A stretch of DNA of 54,409 nucleotides from a virus (Duplodnaviria; Caudoviricetes), in the IMG/VR virus record IMGVR_UViG_3300022407_001247, positions 1-54,409 of that record; one strand, written 5' to 3'. A model generated the notes under the pieces. That model did no database searches, was not told where the DNA came from, and saw only the letters and a program-made list of their open reading frames with translations. How positions within the stretch are numbered: the first letter of the stretch is position 1; every line of letters starts with the position of its first letter. The position numbers were made by a program, and so were the translations under genes. Positions 45,799 through 53,686 of the stretch are shown here, in pieces.

Positions 45799-46548
45799 AT
45801 GGAAAGCAGGATCATGGGCCTTGTCAAGGCCATGCACAAAAAGTTTGACTTGGCCAATACTGGCAAACCTTGCCATCTTGAAGCTCATGAGAAGGCCTTT
45901 CGAGTCAAAGCCCTTCAAGAAGAACTTGATGAATACAACGCAGCAACTACACTGGTCGATGAGTATGATGCTCTTCTCGACTTGATCGTGTTTGCTGTCG
46001 GCACACTTGATCGACAAGGGCTGCCTTTGCTTGAAGGCTTTGAGAAAGTCATGAAAGCAAACATGGCCAAAGAGGTTGGCCAAAATGGTGAAAAGCGCGG
46101 TGGCTTCAAGCGTGATTTGGTCAAGCCTAAAGGCTGGACTGGCCCTGAAGCAGAGCTTAAACTCATCATTGATCGGGTTCCAAGCACTGAGTCAATGGCA
46201 CCTAGTTCAGATGGAACCATCGTGCAAGGCTTTGCACCTAAGTTTGATGCAACAAAAGTGCGGGTGGACTTGCTGCCAATAGAGCCAATGATGCAAGTTG
46301 CCGATGTCTTTGGGTTTGGCGCCAAAAAGTACTTTGCCAATTCTTACCGCAACGGCGAGACTGTTGTTTGGTCACGCACATATGGGTCTGTCTTAAGGCA
46401 CCTTTTTGCTTTTTGGAAAGGTGAAGACACTGATCCAGAATCAGGCTTGCCACACCTTGCCCATGCCGGAACTCAACTCTTCATCTTGATGGAGCACACC
46501 ACTCACAACAAAGACAAAGACGATCGCTTTGCTAGGTCACAGTCATGA
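45799..46548 (+). CDS. Fusion of a MazG/PRA-PH-like NTP pyrophosphohydrolase and a DUF5664 (dATP/dGTP diphosphohydrolase) domain
   Basis: N-half 'EELDEY..DALLDL..V..ANMAK..KPKGW..P'; C-half 'KFD..K.R.DLLP..FGAKKY..RHL..GEDTDPESGLPHLAHA'. Confidence 0.85.
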   Translation: MESRIMGLVKAMHKKFDLANTGKPCHLEAHEKAFRVKALQEELDEYNAATTLVDEYDALLDLIVFAVGTLDRQGLPLLEGFEKVMKANMAKEVGQNGEKRGGFKRDLVKPKGWTGPEAELKLIIDRVPSTESMAPSSDGTIVQGFAPKFDATKVRVDLLPIEPMMQVADVFGFGAKKYFANSYRNGETVVWSRTYGSVLRHLFAFWKGEDTDPESGLPHLAHAGTQLFILMEHTTHNKDKDDRFARSQS

Positions 46549-47180
46549 ACGTACAAAGCATCAGAGACCTGTTCAAAGCTATGAAGCCGGACGAATCTGG
46601 AATGTTGGAGATTGTCAATGCGTCATTCATAGCAGATGAGCCTTCCATTTTTGGTGAAGTTAACGACTCATGGAATGCTCGTGAGCTTCGTTGGTACATG
46701 AGCCAGTCATTGAATGTCAATGACATTGCCCCGCCAGTGCCTACAGTCTGGCAACAAGTTGCAAGCAAAAAGGGTCGTATCAACTCGAACTACGGTTGGT
46801 GTGTCTTTAGTCAGCAGAACGGCTACCAATTCCATAAAGCAATCGACTCGCTAGTTGCCAACAAGGCTAGTAGGCAAGCCGTGATCATTTACATCCGACC
46901 CTCAATGCATGAAGACAGTTGCATGGATGGAATGAGGGACTTTATGTGTACGTACAGCACTCAGCTGCTCATTCGTGCCGGGCAGCTGCATCACATTGTC
47001 AACATGCGGTCCAATGATGCCATCTATGGTTACAAAGGCGATAGGTTTTGGCAAGACACAGTTCATGACTTTGCACTTGCACGTCTACAGCAAACTTACC
47101 AAGACTTGGTAAAAGGCAACCTGTACTGGAATGCAGGCTCTTTGCACATCTATCCACGGCACGCCGGGCTTATCAAATGA
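46545..47180 (+). CDS. dCMP hydroxymethylase-like protein (T4 gp42 family, thymidylate synthase fold)
   Basis: 'ASFIADEP', 'RELRWY', 'WQQVAS.KG.INSNYGW', catalytic 'DFMCT', 'MRSNDAIYGYKGD' and 'WNAGSLHIY' closely follow T4 gp42 as I recall it, including the Asp179-equivalent. Confidence 0.88.
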   Translation: MNVQSIRDLFKAMKPDESGMLEIVNASFIADEPSIFGEVNDSWNARELRWYMSQSLNVNDIAPPVPTVWQQVASKKGRINSNYGWCVFSQQNGYQFHKAIDSLVANKASRQAVIIYIRPSMHEDSCMDGMRDFMCTYSTQLLIRAGQLHHIVNMRSNDAIYGYKGDRFWQDTVHDFALARLQQTYQDLVKGNLYWNAGSLHIYPRHAGLIK

Positions 47181-48133
47181 TCTACAACCCTTTTGCATCA
47201 ATACCTGTCCGTCCAAAAAGTCATGTACGTGGCTGGGCCATGCATTGGGCAGAATGCCTTGGCGTACCGGTTGCAGGGCCAACTGACACGTTAACTTGCC
47301 CAACTTTATACATTGAGCACGGTGTCAATTTTGGCGGAGTGCTCAATCTGTTCGGAGGGGTCAGCGAAGGCTTAGTTGACAGGCTTGAAGAGTTGGCAAA
47401 CTACAAGGGCCAGTTGGTTAGCTTGGATTGGCCTATGCCAAACTATGCACATCAATTGTCCAGGAGGTTAGGCCAAGCCACGTGTTCGCCTAGGCTGACT
47501 CCCGCCCTTTTGGCCGACTTGGATGCCCGTCTGAAGAACTCAACAACACTGACCCAACAGGATCTTAAAAGTGACGTGGTTGCAATCGGCGACAGTCACT
47601 CAACAGCCTTTGCAGCTAGTGGATCTAGTGTAATTCGGACCAACGGGCTAACTTTGCATGGGGCATTGCAAAAAGGTCATTTTGTTGAGCAAATAGGCCG
47701 CTTGGTTCACAAACCAAGGCGCGTAACGTTAGTCTGTGGATCAATAGACATCCGACACCATATCGGTCGACAGAGCGCTCCTAAACAAGCCGTCATTGAC
47801 TTATGCAACAACTACGCTGATGTGGCTGACTTTTTAACCGATGAGTTCAATCTTCAAGTTGAAATTGCTGCAACTGTACCGATCGAATGGGAAAAGCGCA
47901 AGATCCCTCAAACAGGTTTTTATAAAGGAACACCATTTGCAGGCAGCTTAGATCAAAGGCGATATTGGACTGAATTGTTCATAGACAAAATGAGCCAACT
48001 GTGTTTGATCAAGCCCCCAGATGATTGGTACTCTATGGGCCCTGAGGAGTATGCAAACACCTACATGGAGCTCAACTCGTCGGTGCACATTGCACCTCCT
48101 TTCTATCGTCGTTTTGACTGGGGTCAACTATGA
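47177..48133 (+). CDS. Two-domain protein with an SGNH/GDSL-like C-terminal domain
   Basis: 'IGDSHS' (block I), 'NGLTLHG', 'GSIDIRHH' (block III-like) and 'SSVH' (block V-like); coupled to both neighbours. Confidence 0.55.
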   Translation: MIYNPFASIPVRPKSHVRGWAMHWAECLGVPVAGPTDTLTCPTLYIEHGVNFGGVLNLFGGVSEGLVDRLEELANYKGQLVSLDWPMPNYAHQLSRRLGQATCSPRLTPALLADLDARLKNSTTLTQQDLKSDVVAIGDSHSTAFAASGSSVIRTNGLTLHGALQKGHFVEQIGRLVHKPRRVTLVCGSIDIRHHIGRQSAPKQAVIDLCNNYADVADFLTDEFNLQVEIAATVPIEWEKRKIPQTGFYKGTPFAGSLDQRRYWTELFIDKMSQLCLIKPPDDWYSMGPEEYANTYMELNSSVHIAPPFYRRFDWGQL

Positions 48134-49056
48134 GCATCTTTACGTGCACAACGAGCAAATCAAACATGGACATTCCGGCAGGCATGGATCCGCATGCCGC
48201 TAGATCTCACTACATTGCAATGCGCAATGGTTTTAAGTCAAAGTTGTCAGCCCCTGTAGTCCAAGCCCATGGCAAAAAATGGGTATTCAGAGGCGATGCT
48301 AGTGCAAGCAGCTTGAAGGGCTATGGTGCTGAGCAATTGATAGCAGAGTGCAAAGAAGATGTCTTAGTCTATTGCGCACCTCGTGTAGGTATGGCTATGG
48401 ATGCAATTGCAACCCTTGCCAAACTTTATGACAAGCACTGCGTGTTCTTTTGCCCAGCATCAGGAGAGCCCTCAATGCATCAAAAAGCCTTATTGGCTTA
48501 TGGTGCTGACTTGCGCTTTATCAAAATTGCAGCAATGCCAACTCTGAACAGTTACGCTAAAAAGTGGGCTGAAAAGCATGGAGCAAAGTACCTGCCTTTT
48601 GGACTTGGCAAAACCCCATCGGTGACAGCTGGGATTGTCAATCTTGCAGGACACATCACTGAAAAACTAGGCAAAGACCCTAGTGAAATTTGGATGTCCG
48701 TCTCTACTGGAACAGCTATCCGTGCATTGCAAATAGCTTGGCCTAAAGCAGCTTGCCGAGGTGTAATCGTAGCTCGCAACATGCACGATGGCGAGATTGG
48801 CAATGCAACGTTATGGTCAGCATCTCAACCATTTTTGAAAGACGTACCTCTAAACAAACGACCGCCCTTCCCATCAACTGCAAACTACGACGCTAAGTGC
48901 TGGGAAGACTTTGAAAACTTTGGCATCAATGACTCAATTTTTATCAATGTCGGCACCGATGACAAAGTAGTGGCCATGTATAAACAAGTCAAAGATACAC
49001 CGTTGAGCAGCCAGCGGGAATGGGGTGACATGTCTGACTTGGAGCGTGGACTATGA
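48130..49056 (+). CDS. PLP-dependent enzyme, fold type II (DNA-hypermodification decarboxylase-like)
   Basis: 'SLKGYG' Lys, 'APRVG', phosphate loop 'SVSTGT' and 'PPFPS..NYDAK.W', as recalled for phage hypermodification PLP enzymes. Confidence 0.75.
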   Translation: MSIFTCTTSKSNMDIPAGMDPHAARSHYIAMRNGFKSKLSAPVVQAHGKKWVFRGDASASSLKGYGAEQLIAECKEDVLVYCAPRVGMAMDAIATLAKLYDKHCVFFCPASGEPSMHQKALLAYGADLRFIKIAAMPTLNSYAKKWAEKHGAKYLPFGLGKTPSVTAGIVNLAGHITEKLGKDPSEIWMSVSTGTAIRALQIAWPKAACRGVIVARNMHDGEIGNATLWSASQPFLKDVPLNKRPPFPSTANYDAKCWEDFENFGINDSIFINVGTDDKVVAMYKQVKDTPLSSQREWGDMSDLERGL

Positions 49057-50186
49057 GAATTGAAACAACAGCCTACTATGATGAGATGGTTCGCTATGCT
49101 GGGATGGCAAAGGTCCAGCAAATCGAATGCAACTTAGGCATCATTCCTCACATGCACGGGTCGATCAAAGATGACTTGATGCGTTATGTTGAACTTTATG
49201 ACGTTGTCAACCGTAAGTATGCCGGCTTTACGCAAATCGTTTTAGATCTTTTCTACAACACTTCACCAGAACACCCGTATGCCCACAAACTGCATGCAGT
49301 AAGGCAGCCAATTTGCAAATCGTTTGAAGGTGTTGAAGGCGTGTGGGGCTTAAAAGAATGGCTCTACGTGTTCATCCTACATCGGGTCACAGGCAGTGGC
49401 ATCAACTACGCAAAAAAGCCTAGTGGGTACAACAACACCATCTTGCCAAAACTTGCCTCATGCGATACCATTGAGCAAATGGCTAAGGTCATTGTCAATC
49501 GAACGTCATCAATCTACACTTCAGTAGGCTATCAATTCCCAGCTTTCCCAAAACCTGTAGGAGACTACAAGCTAGGCGGTGACTACTTCTTATGCAGCTA
49601 CGCCCCTCAACTTGCTAGAGATCTTGCCGAATGGCTAAATGCAAAAGGCAAGCAAGATCTTCGTGACATTGGTGAATGGATGTTCAACTGGAACAAGACT
49701 CAAGGGTTGCGAGCCTACAAGTTTCAATACGCAGCAGTCGTTAGCGACATTGCTGATTTCTTTCCTCAGTTCACAAACCTAAACAGTCCATTCTTTTACG
49801 GCACAAATGCAAAAGAGTGTTTGAAGTACGCAGCCATCCAGCTGTCTAAAGGCAATGAGCAAGACTTCCTAGACGAGGTCACTATGAAGTTTTGCAATGA
49901 GATTGGCTCGACTGCCTATGACGGTGAAGACATCTTTTGCGATGGCATCAGATGGCTAGAAAACTATGTCAGACCTGGCCATGACTATAGCCATGTCAAT
50001 CGCGACAAAGTTTGGAATAGCAGCACAATCATCGATCATCCCTATGGTCGTCAAAAGGCAATGCTCGATCATGGCTTGATCGAGTCATTCAACCATCTAA
50101 GCATCCATCCATCTGATGACTATGTGCTCAAACAAGCCGGAGTGAGCAAGGATCAGTATTTGTTAAAAGTTCACGGCTTAGACTAA
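49053..50186 (+). CDS. Putative amino acid:DNA transferase (aGPT-PPase/AADT-like, divergent)
   Basis: C-terminal 'FQYAAVVSD', 'YGTNA' and 'EDIFCD..RW' parallel the F..D / G.GA / E..LCE..KY motifs of aGPT-PPases; gene context agrees. Confidence 0.55.
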   Translation: MRIETTAYYDEMVRYAGMAKVQQIECNLGIIPHMHGSIKDDLMRYVELYDVVNRKYAGFTQIVLDLFYNTSPEHPYAHKLHAVRQPICKSFEGVEGVWGLKEWLYVFILHRVTGSGINYAKKPSGYNNTILPKLASCDTIEQMAKVIVNRTSSIYTSVGYQFPAFPKPVGDYKLGGDYFLCSYAPQLARDLAEWLNAKGKQDLRDIGEWMFNWNKTQGLRAYKFQYAAVVSDIADFFPQFTNLNSPFFYGTNAKECLKYAAIQLSKGNEQDFLDEVTMKFCNEIGSTAYDGEDIFCDGIRWLENYVRPGHDYSHVNRDKVWNSSTIIDHPYGRQKAMLDHGLIESFNHLSIHPSDDYVLKQAGVSKDQYLLKVHGLD

Positions 50187-50206
50187 ACGATTGTACAATT
50201 AAAATC
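50170..50206 (+). promoter_or_regulatory. Promoter variant without the palindrome, possibly giving a leaderless mRNA
   Basis: TTGTACAAT at 50191-50199; ATG 7 nt downstream with no SD. Confidence 0.5.
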
Positions 50207-50635
50207 ATGACAAGACCAACACTAGACCAAACTTACATGCAAGTTGCTAGAGCATTTGCCAAAAGGGCAACGTGTTCCAGAAGGCAAGTCGGTGCCGTCA
50301 TAACGGGCAATGGCTACATCTTATCATCAGGCTACAACGGATCCTTCCCAGGATCTAAGCACTGCATTGATGTACCATGCGCAGGGGCAGGACTGCCTAG
50401 CGGTTCAGGTCTAGATCTTTGCATGTCAGCTCACGCTGAACAAAATGCAATAGCCAGACTGCGTCAAGTCGATGAAGCAGACACTTTGTACTGCACAACG
50501 GCGCCATGCATAAGCTGCACCAAACTGGCATTGTGCACAAGCATAAAGCGCATAGTTGCTGATCAGGACTACCCATCTAGTGGCAAAGACTTATGGCTTT
50601 TGGCCGGCCGCGCATGGAGTAACTATGCGGAATAA
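50207..50635 (+). CDS. dCMP deaminase
   Basis: 'ATCSRRQVGAVI', 'GYNG', 'HAEQNA' and 'PCISC'. Confidence 0.92.
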   Translation: MTRPTLDQTYMQVARAFAKRATCSRRQVGAVITGNGYILSSGYNGSFPGSKHCIDVPCAGAGLPSGSGLDLCMSAHAEQNAIARLRQVDEADTLYCTTAPCISCTKLALCTSIKRIVADQDYPSSGKDLWLLAGRAWSNYAE

Positions 50636-52403
50636 GGCCGTACTTGACATCGAGTGTTATGTCAACTACTTTTTGATTGCCGTCAAGTCCATTGCTAATG
50701 GCAAGATTGCAACGTTTGAGCGTTCAGATTGGGAAGACTTTGACACCGAGCAACTTAAGAGTCTTTTGTCCAAGTACACCATTGTCACTTTTAACGGCAA
50801 CCGCTACGATTTGCTGCTGCTCAAAGGTGCTATTGCGGGCTTTGAGCCTGCTAAGCTTAAGGCCTTATCCGATGACATCATTGTCAATGACCTTAGAGCT
50901 TGGGATGCCGAGTCAAAGTACACCCTACCTAGGTGCATGTACATCGACCACGTTGACTTGATTGAGGTGGCGCCAGGCAAAGCATCGCTTAAGATTTACG
51001 GCGGTCGCTTGCACAGTAAGCGCATGCAAGACTTGCCAATAGAGCCAAATGCAACAATCAATAAAAGTGAAAGAGACTCGTTGAGTGGCTATTGCATCAA
51101 TGATCTAGACACAACTATCGACCTATACGGCAGGCTTAGCGGGCAGATTGAGCTGCGTGAACAGATGGGCAAAGAGTATGGCTTGGAGTTGCGTTCAAAG
51201 TCGGATGCACAAATAGCAGAGTCAGTGATCAAAAAGCAGATTGAGGCAATCAAAGGAGACAAAGTCTATCGACCTAGTCTGCCCAAAGACTTTTCATTCA
51301 GTTACGTGCCTCCCTCATTCATTGCGTTTAAGCACCCAGAACTGCGCTATGCCCTAGACATTTTTAAGACAAGGCCATTCACGCTCGATGAAAAAGGCGA
51401 CGTTGCTGAACCATCAGAAGTTGGCAAACTTAAAGTCAAGGTCGGGTCTAGCACTTACCAACTTGGAATCGGTGGCATACACTCTTGTGAGAAAAAGATC
51501 TACTATGTCGCTGATGCCGACCATGTCATCGCTGACCGCGATGTTACTAGCTACTATCCCAACATCATCCTGAACCAGCTGCTCTACCCTAAACACATTG
51601 GGCCTGACTTTTTGACCGTCTACAAATCCCTTGTGGAGAAAAGGATCAAGGCAAAAAGAGAAGGCAACAAGGTTGTCAATGAAGCACTAAAAGTTACGAT
51701 CAATGGGAGCTTTGGTAAATTTGGATCTAAGTGGTCGGCCCTCTACGGGCCAAACCTACTCATTCAAACCACGGTGACCGGGCAGCTAAGCCTTTTGATG
51801 CTTATTGAGGCCCTTGAAGAGCAAGGCATTAGCGTAGTGAGTGCCAATACTGATGGCATCATCATCTATTGCCACAAGCGCAACCAAGCGGCTATGGAAA
51901 CCATCATTGCCAACTGGGAAAGAACAACCGGCTTTGGCACAGAAGAAACCCCATATTCGGCGGTCTACTCGCGTGACATCAACAACTACATTGCACTTAA
52001 GCGCAATGGTGGCTATAAAGTCAAAGGAGTTTACGCAGATGAAAACCTGTCCAAGACCCCAACGACTCAAGTATGCACGCAAGCCGTGGTGGACTACTTA
52101 CAGCTAGGCATTCCAATAGAAACCACAATCCATGAATGTGTAGACATCTGCAAATTCATCTCAGTTAGAGCCGTCACCGGAGGTGCCGTCAAGAACAATG
52201 AGTACCTAGGCAAAGCGGTACGCTGGTACTATGCCAAAGATGAGCTAGGAGCCATACACTACAAGAAGAATGGCAACAAGGTCCCTGTGACAGATGGAGC
52301 AAAGCCACTCATGATTTTGCCTGACTCTTTGCCCAATGATATTGATCATGCTTGGTACATCAAAAAAGCATACGCAATGCTTAATGACCTCGGGGTCAAA
52401 TAA
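50625..52403 (+). CDS. DNA polymerase, family B-like with 3'-5' exonuclease
   Basis: ATG 50625 with GGAG RBS. Exo motifs DIECY, FNGNRYD and YCIND; pol motifs DVTSYYP, KVTINGSFGK and SANTDG. Confidence 0.92.
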   Translation: MRNKAVLDIECYVNYFLIAVKSIANGKIATFERSDWEDFDTEQLKSLLSKYTIVTFNGNRYDLLLLKGAIAGFEPAKLKALSDDIIVNDLRAWDAESKYTLPRCMYIDHVDLIEVAPGKASLKIYGGRLHSKRMQDLPIEPNATINKSERDSLSGYCINDLDTTIDLYGRLSGQIELREQMGKEYGLELRSKSDAQIAESVIKKQIEAIKGDKVYRPSLPKDFSFSYVPPSFIAFKHPELRYALDIFKTRPFTLDEKGDVAEPSEVGKLKVKVGSSTYQLGIGGIHSCEKKIYYVADADHVIADRDVTSYYPNIILNQLLYPKHIGPDFLTVYKSLVEKRIKAKREGNKVVNEALKVTINGSFGKFGSKWSALYGPNLLIQTTVTGQLSLLMLIEALEEQGISVVSANTDGIIIYCHKRNQAAMETIIANWERTTGFGTEETPYSAVYSRDINNYIALKRNGGYKVKGVYADENLSKTPTTQVCTQAVVDYLQLGIPIETTIHECVDICKFISVRAVTGGAVKNNEYLGKAVRWYYAKDELGAIHYKKNGNKVPVTDGAKPLMILPDSLPNDIDHAWYIKKAYAMLNDLGVK

Positions 52404-52409
52404 AAATAG

Positions 52410-52460
52410 TTGTATAGGTCTAAAAAGGGTTGTACAATGCAATCACGGCAACATCGCCGT
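52410..52460 (+). promoter_or_regulatory. Early promoter 4 with downstream palindrome
   Basis: TTGTAT-N17-TACAAT, then ACGGCAACATCGCCGT (52445-52460). Confidence 0.8.
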
Positions 52461-52483
52461 CTTAATGTTGTAAGGACTTTTTT

Positions 52484-52729
52484 TTGAGCAATTTTATAAA
52501 GACTCGCGTCGCAGGCATTCCATGCACCGCCCGCGTTGACTATGTGAACGTGGTCAAGGGTAGCTACAACTACAACGCTGCTAGCGACCACGACTACCAC
52601 GGCTACTCAGAGATCGACTGGGAACTCTGCGACCGCCGAGGCCGCCCCGCCCCCTGGTTGGCCAAGAAGCTCACCATCGCCGACACTGCCAGGATCGAAA
52701 ATGAAATACTCGAGCACTCAAATGACTGA
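52484..52729 (+). CDS. Conserved hypothetical phage protein
   Basis: TTG start after AAGGA; 'GIPC..SDHDYHGY..DRRGRPAPWL.KK'. Confidence 0.7.
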   Translation: MSNFIKTRVAGIPCTARVDYVNVVKGSYNYNAASDHDYHGYSEIDWELCDRRGRPAPWLAKKLTIADTARIENEILEHSND

Positions 52730-52820
52730 AATCTCTCCAATCCGCGTCGCACTGGCGCTTACCTACGTGGCAGCAATGCTCACACTCTACCTTGATGTCT
52801 TTGTCTGGAGGACTGTATGA
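52722..52820 (+). CDS. Small membrane protein, 32 aa (absent from ORF track)
   Basis: MTEISPIRVALALTYVAAMLTLYLDVFVWRTV; fills the gap with overlaps on both sides. Confidence 0.6.
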   Translation: MTEISPIRVALALTYVAAMLTLYLDVFVWRTV

Positions 52821-53017
52821 CTTTAATTCAACTTGCCAAGCAAACTCTTCGACGCCTCACCCCTGCCCAAATGGCGGCTACTGAACTTGCAGAAGCCGAA
52901 CTGCACCGACTTGAAGCACACACGGCAATGGAGTACGCTAGCAGTATGGTTAGCTACGAGGACGCTAGGATTAAACGCCTGCGGAAGTTCTTGTCTGATG
53001 CGGAGAAAACAGTATGA
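52817..53017 (+). CDS. Hypothetical early protein
   Basis: GGAGG RBS; ATGA coupling. Confidence 0.7.
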   Translation: MTLIQLAKQTLRRLTPAQMAATELAEAELHRLEAHTAMEYASSMVSYEDARIKRLRKFLSDAEKTV

Positions 53018-53277
53018 GCATTTTGGAAGAGATACGGGTCAACCGCACCCCCAGCCATATGGTGCGCCCCGCAGCCCTTGAGTTGCAAAAGCAAACCAAG
53101 CGGATCATGGGCGAGTACGTGGAACGCGAGAAGCAACCCGGCGAAGTGCAAGCATCTGACAACGACTTGTGGCAACGTCCGGTTTACCGCACAGGTGACG
53201 GCGATCACACTGCCCAAGTGCCACGCGAGGGTAGCCTTGTGGCTTTTAGCCTGCCAAGCCGGGGGAATCGGACATGA
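53014..53277 (+). CDS. Hypothetical early protein
   Basis: C-terminal 'R.GS..AFSLPSRG' motif; coupled to neighbours. Confidence 0.7.
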   Translation: MSILEEIRVNRTPSHMVRPAALELQKQTKRIMGEYVEREKQPGEVQASDNDLWQRPVYRTGDGDHTAQVPREGSLVAFSLPSRGNRT

Positions 53278-53570
53278 CTGACCTTGAAATCGACAAGGCG
53301 CTGGCATTGGCTATTGGGCACAAGGTAGCCTATGTAACTGTGCTTGGTGAAGGCATCCCACAAGTGTGGGTGCAAGTAGACCCGAGATTTGAGTGGGCTA
53401 TTCGCGTCTTCGACCACCGCGACTGGAACGTGATCGGCCCGATTGCGGAGCGGTACAACATGTTTCCTTACAGTGTTGGTGGCTGGTGGAATGTGGCTGG
53501 CTACGGGCAACCAAGTTCACAAACTCCACAGAACGCAATTGCATTGGCAGTAATAGGAGCAAAGAAATGA
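53274..53570 (+). CDS. NinX/DUF2591-like protein
   Basis: 'IDKALALAIG', 'DWNVIGPIAE' and 'PQNAIALA' pattern. Confidence 0.5.
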   Translation: MTDLEIDKALALAIGHKVAYVTVLGEGIPQVWVQVDPRFEWAIRVFDHRDWNVIGPIAERYNMFPYSVGGWWNVAGYGQPSSQTPQNAIALAVIGAKK

Positions 53571-53686
53571 ACGACGACGACATCGAAGACCTTTACCGCC
53601 CAGATTGGGTGGCACTTGGAATTGCCACTGCGATCTCGCTGGTGTCGCTTGCGGCATTGGCTTTTTTGTTGGGGTACTTGACATGA
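53567..53686 (+). CDS. Small membrane protein
   Basis: AGGAG RBS, ATG 53567, one TM helix. Confidence 0.6.
   Translation: MNDDDIEDLYRPDWVALGIATAISLVSLAALAFLLGYLT

Noticed and set aside
45799-46548. Z-genome (2-aminoadenine) or 7-deazaguanine system suggested by DUF5664/MazG
   Set aside because: No PurZ, DpdA, FolE or QueC/D/E-like ORF was recognised; the neighbouring genes are pyrimidine-pathway enzymes.
46545-47180. Ordinary thymidylate synthase or dUMP hydroxymethylase
   Set aside because: The motifs track T4 gp42 and the specificity residue is Asp. The dCMP deaminase does not require a 5hmU pathway, since T4 also has one. Not excluded without an assay.
48130-49056. Cysteine synthase/threonine dehydratase auxiliary metabolic gene
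   Set aside because: It lacks the CysK SVKDR and TSGNTG motifs, and its context and C-terminal motif fit DNA-modification PLP enzymes.
40404-52475. CRISPR array or integron attC sites from the repeated palindromic element
   Set aside because: The copies are 0.4-8 kb apart, have -35/-10 architecture and precede start codons. There is no cas operon or integrase, and DUF2800 is a standard phage replication nuclease.
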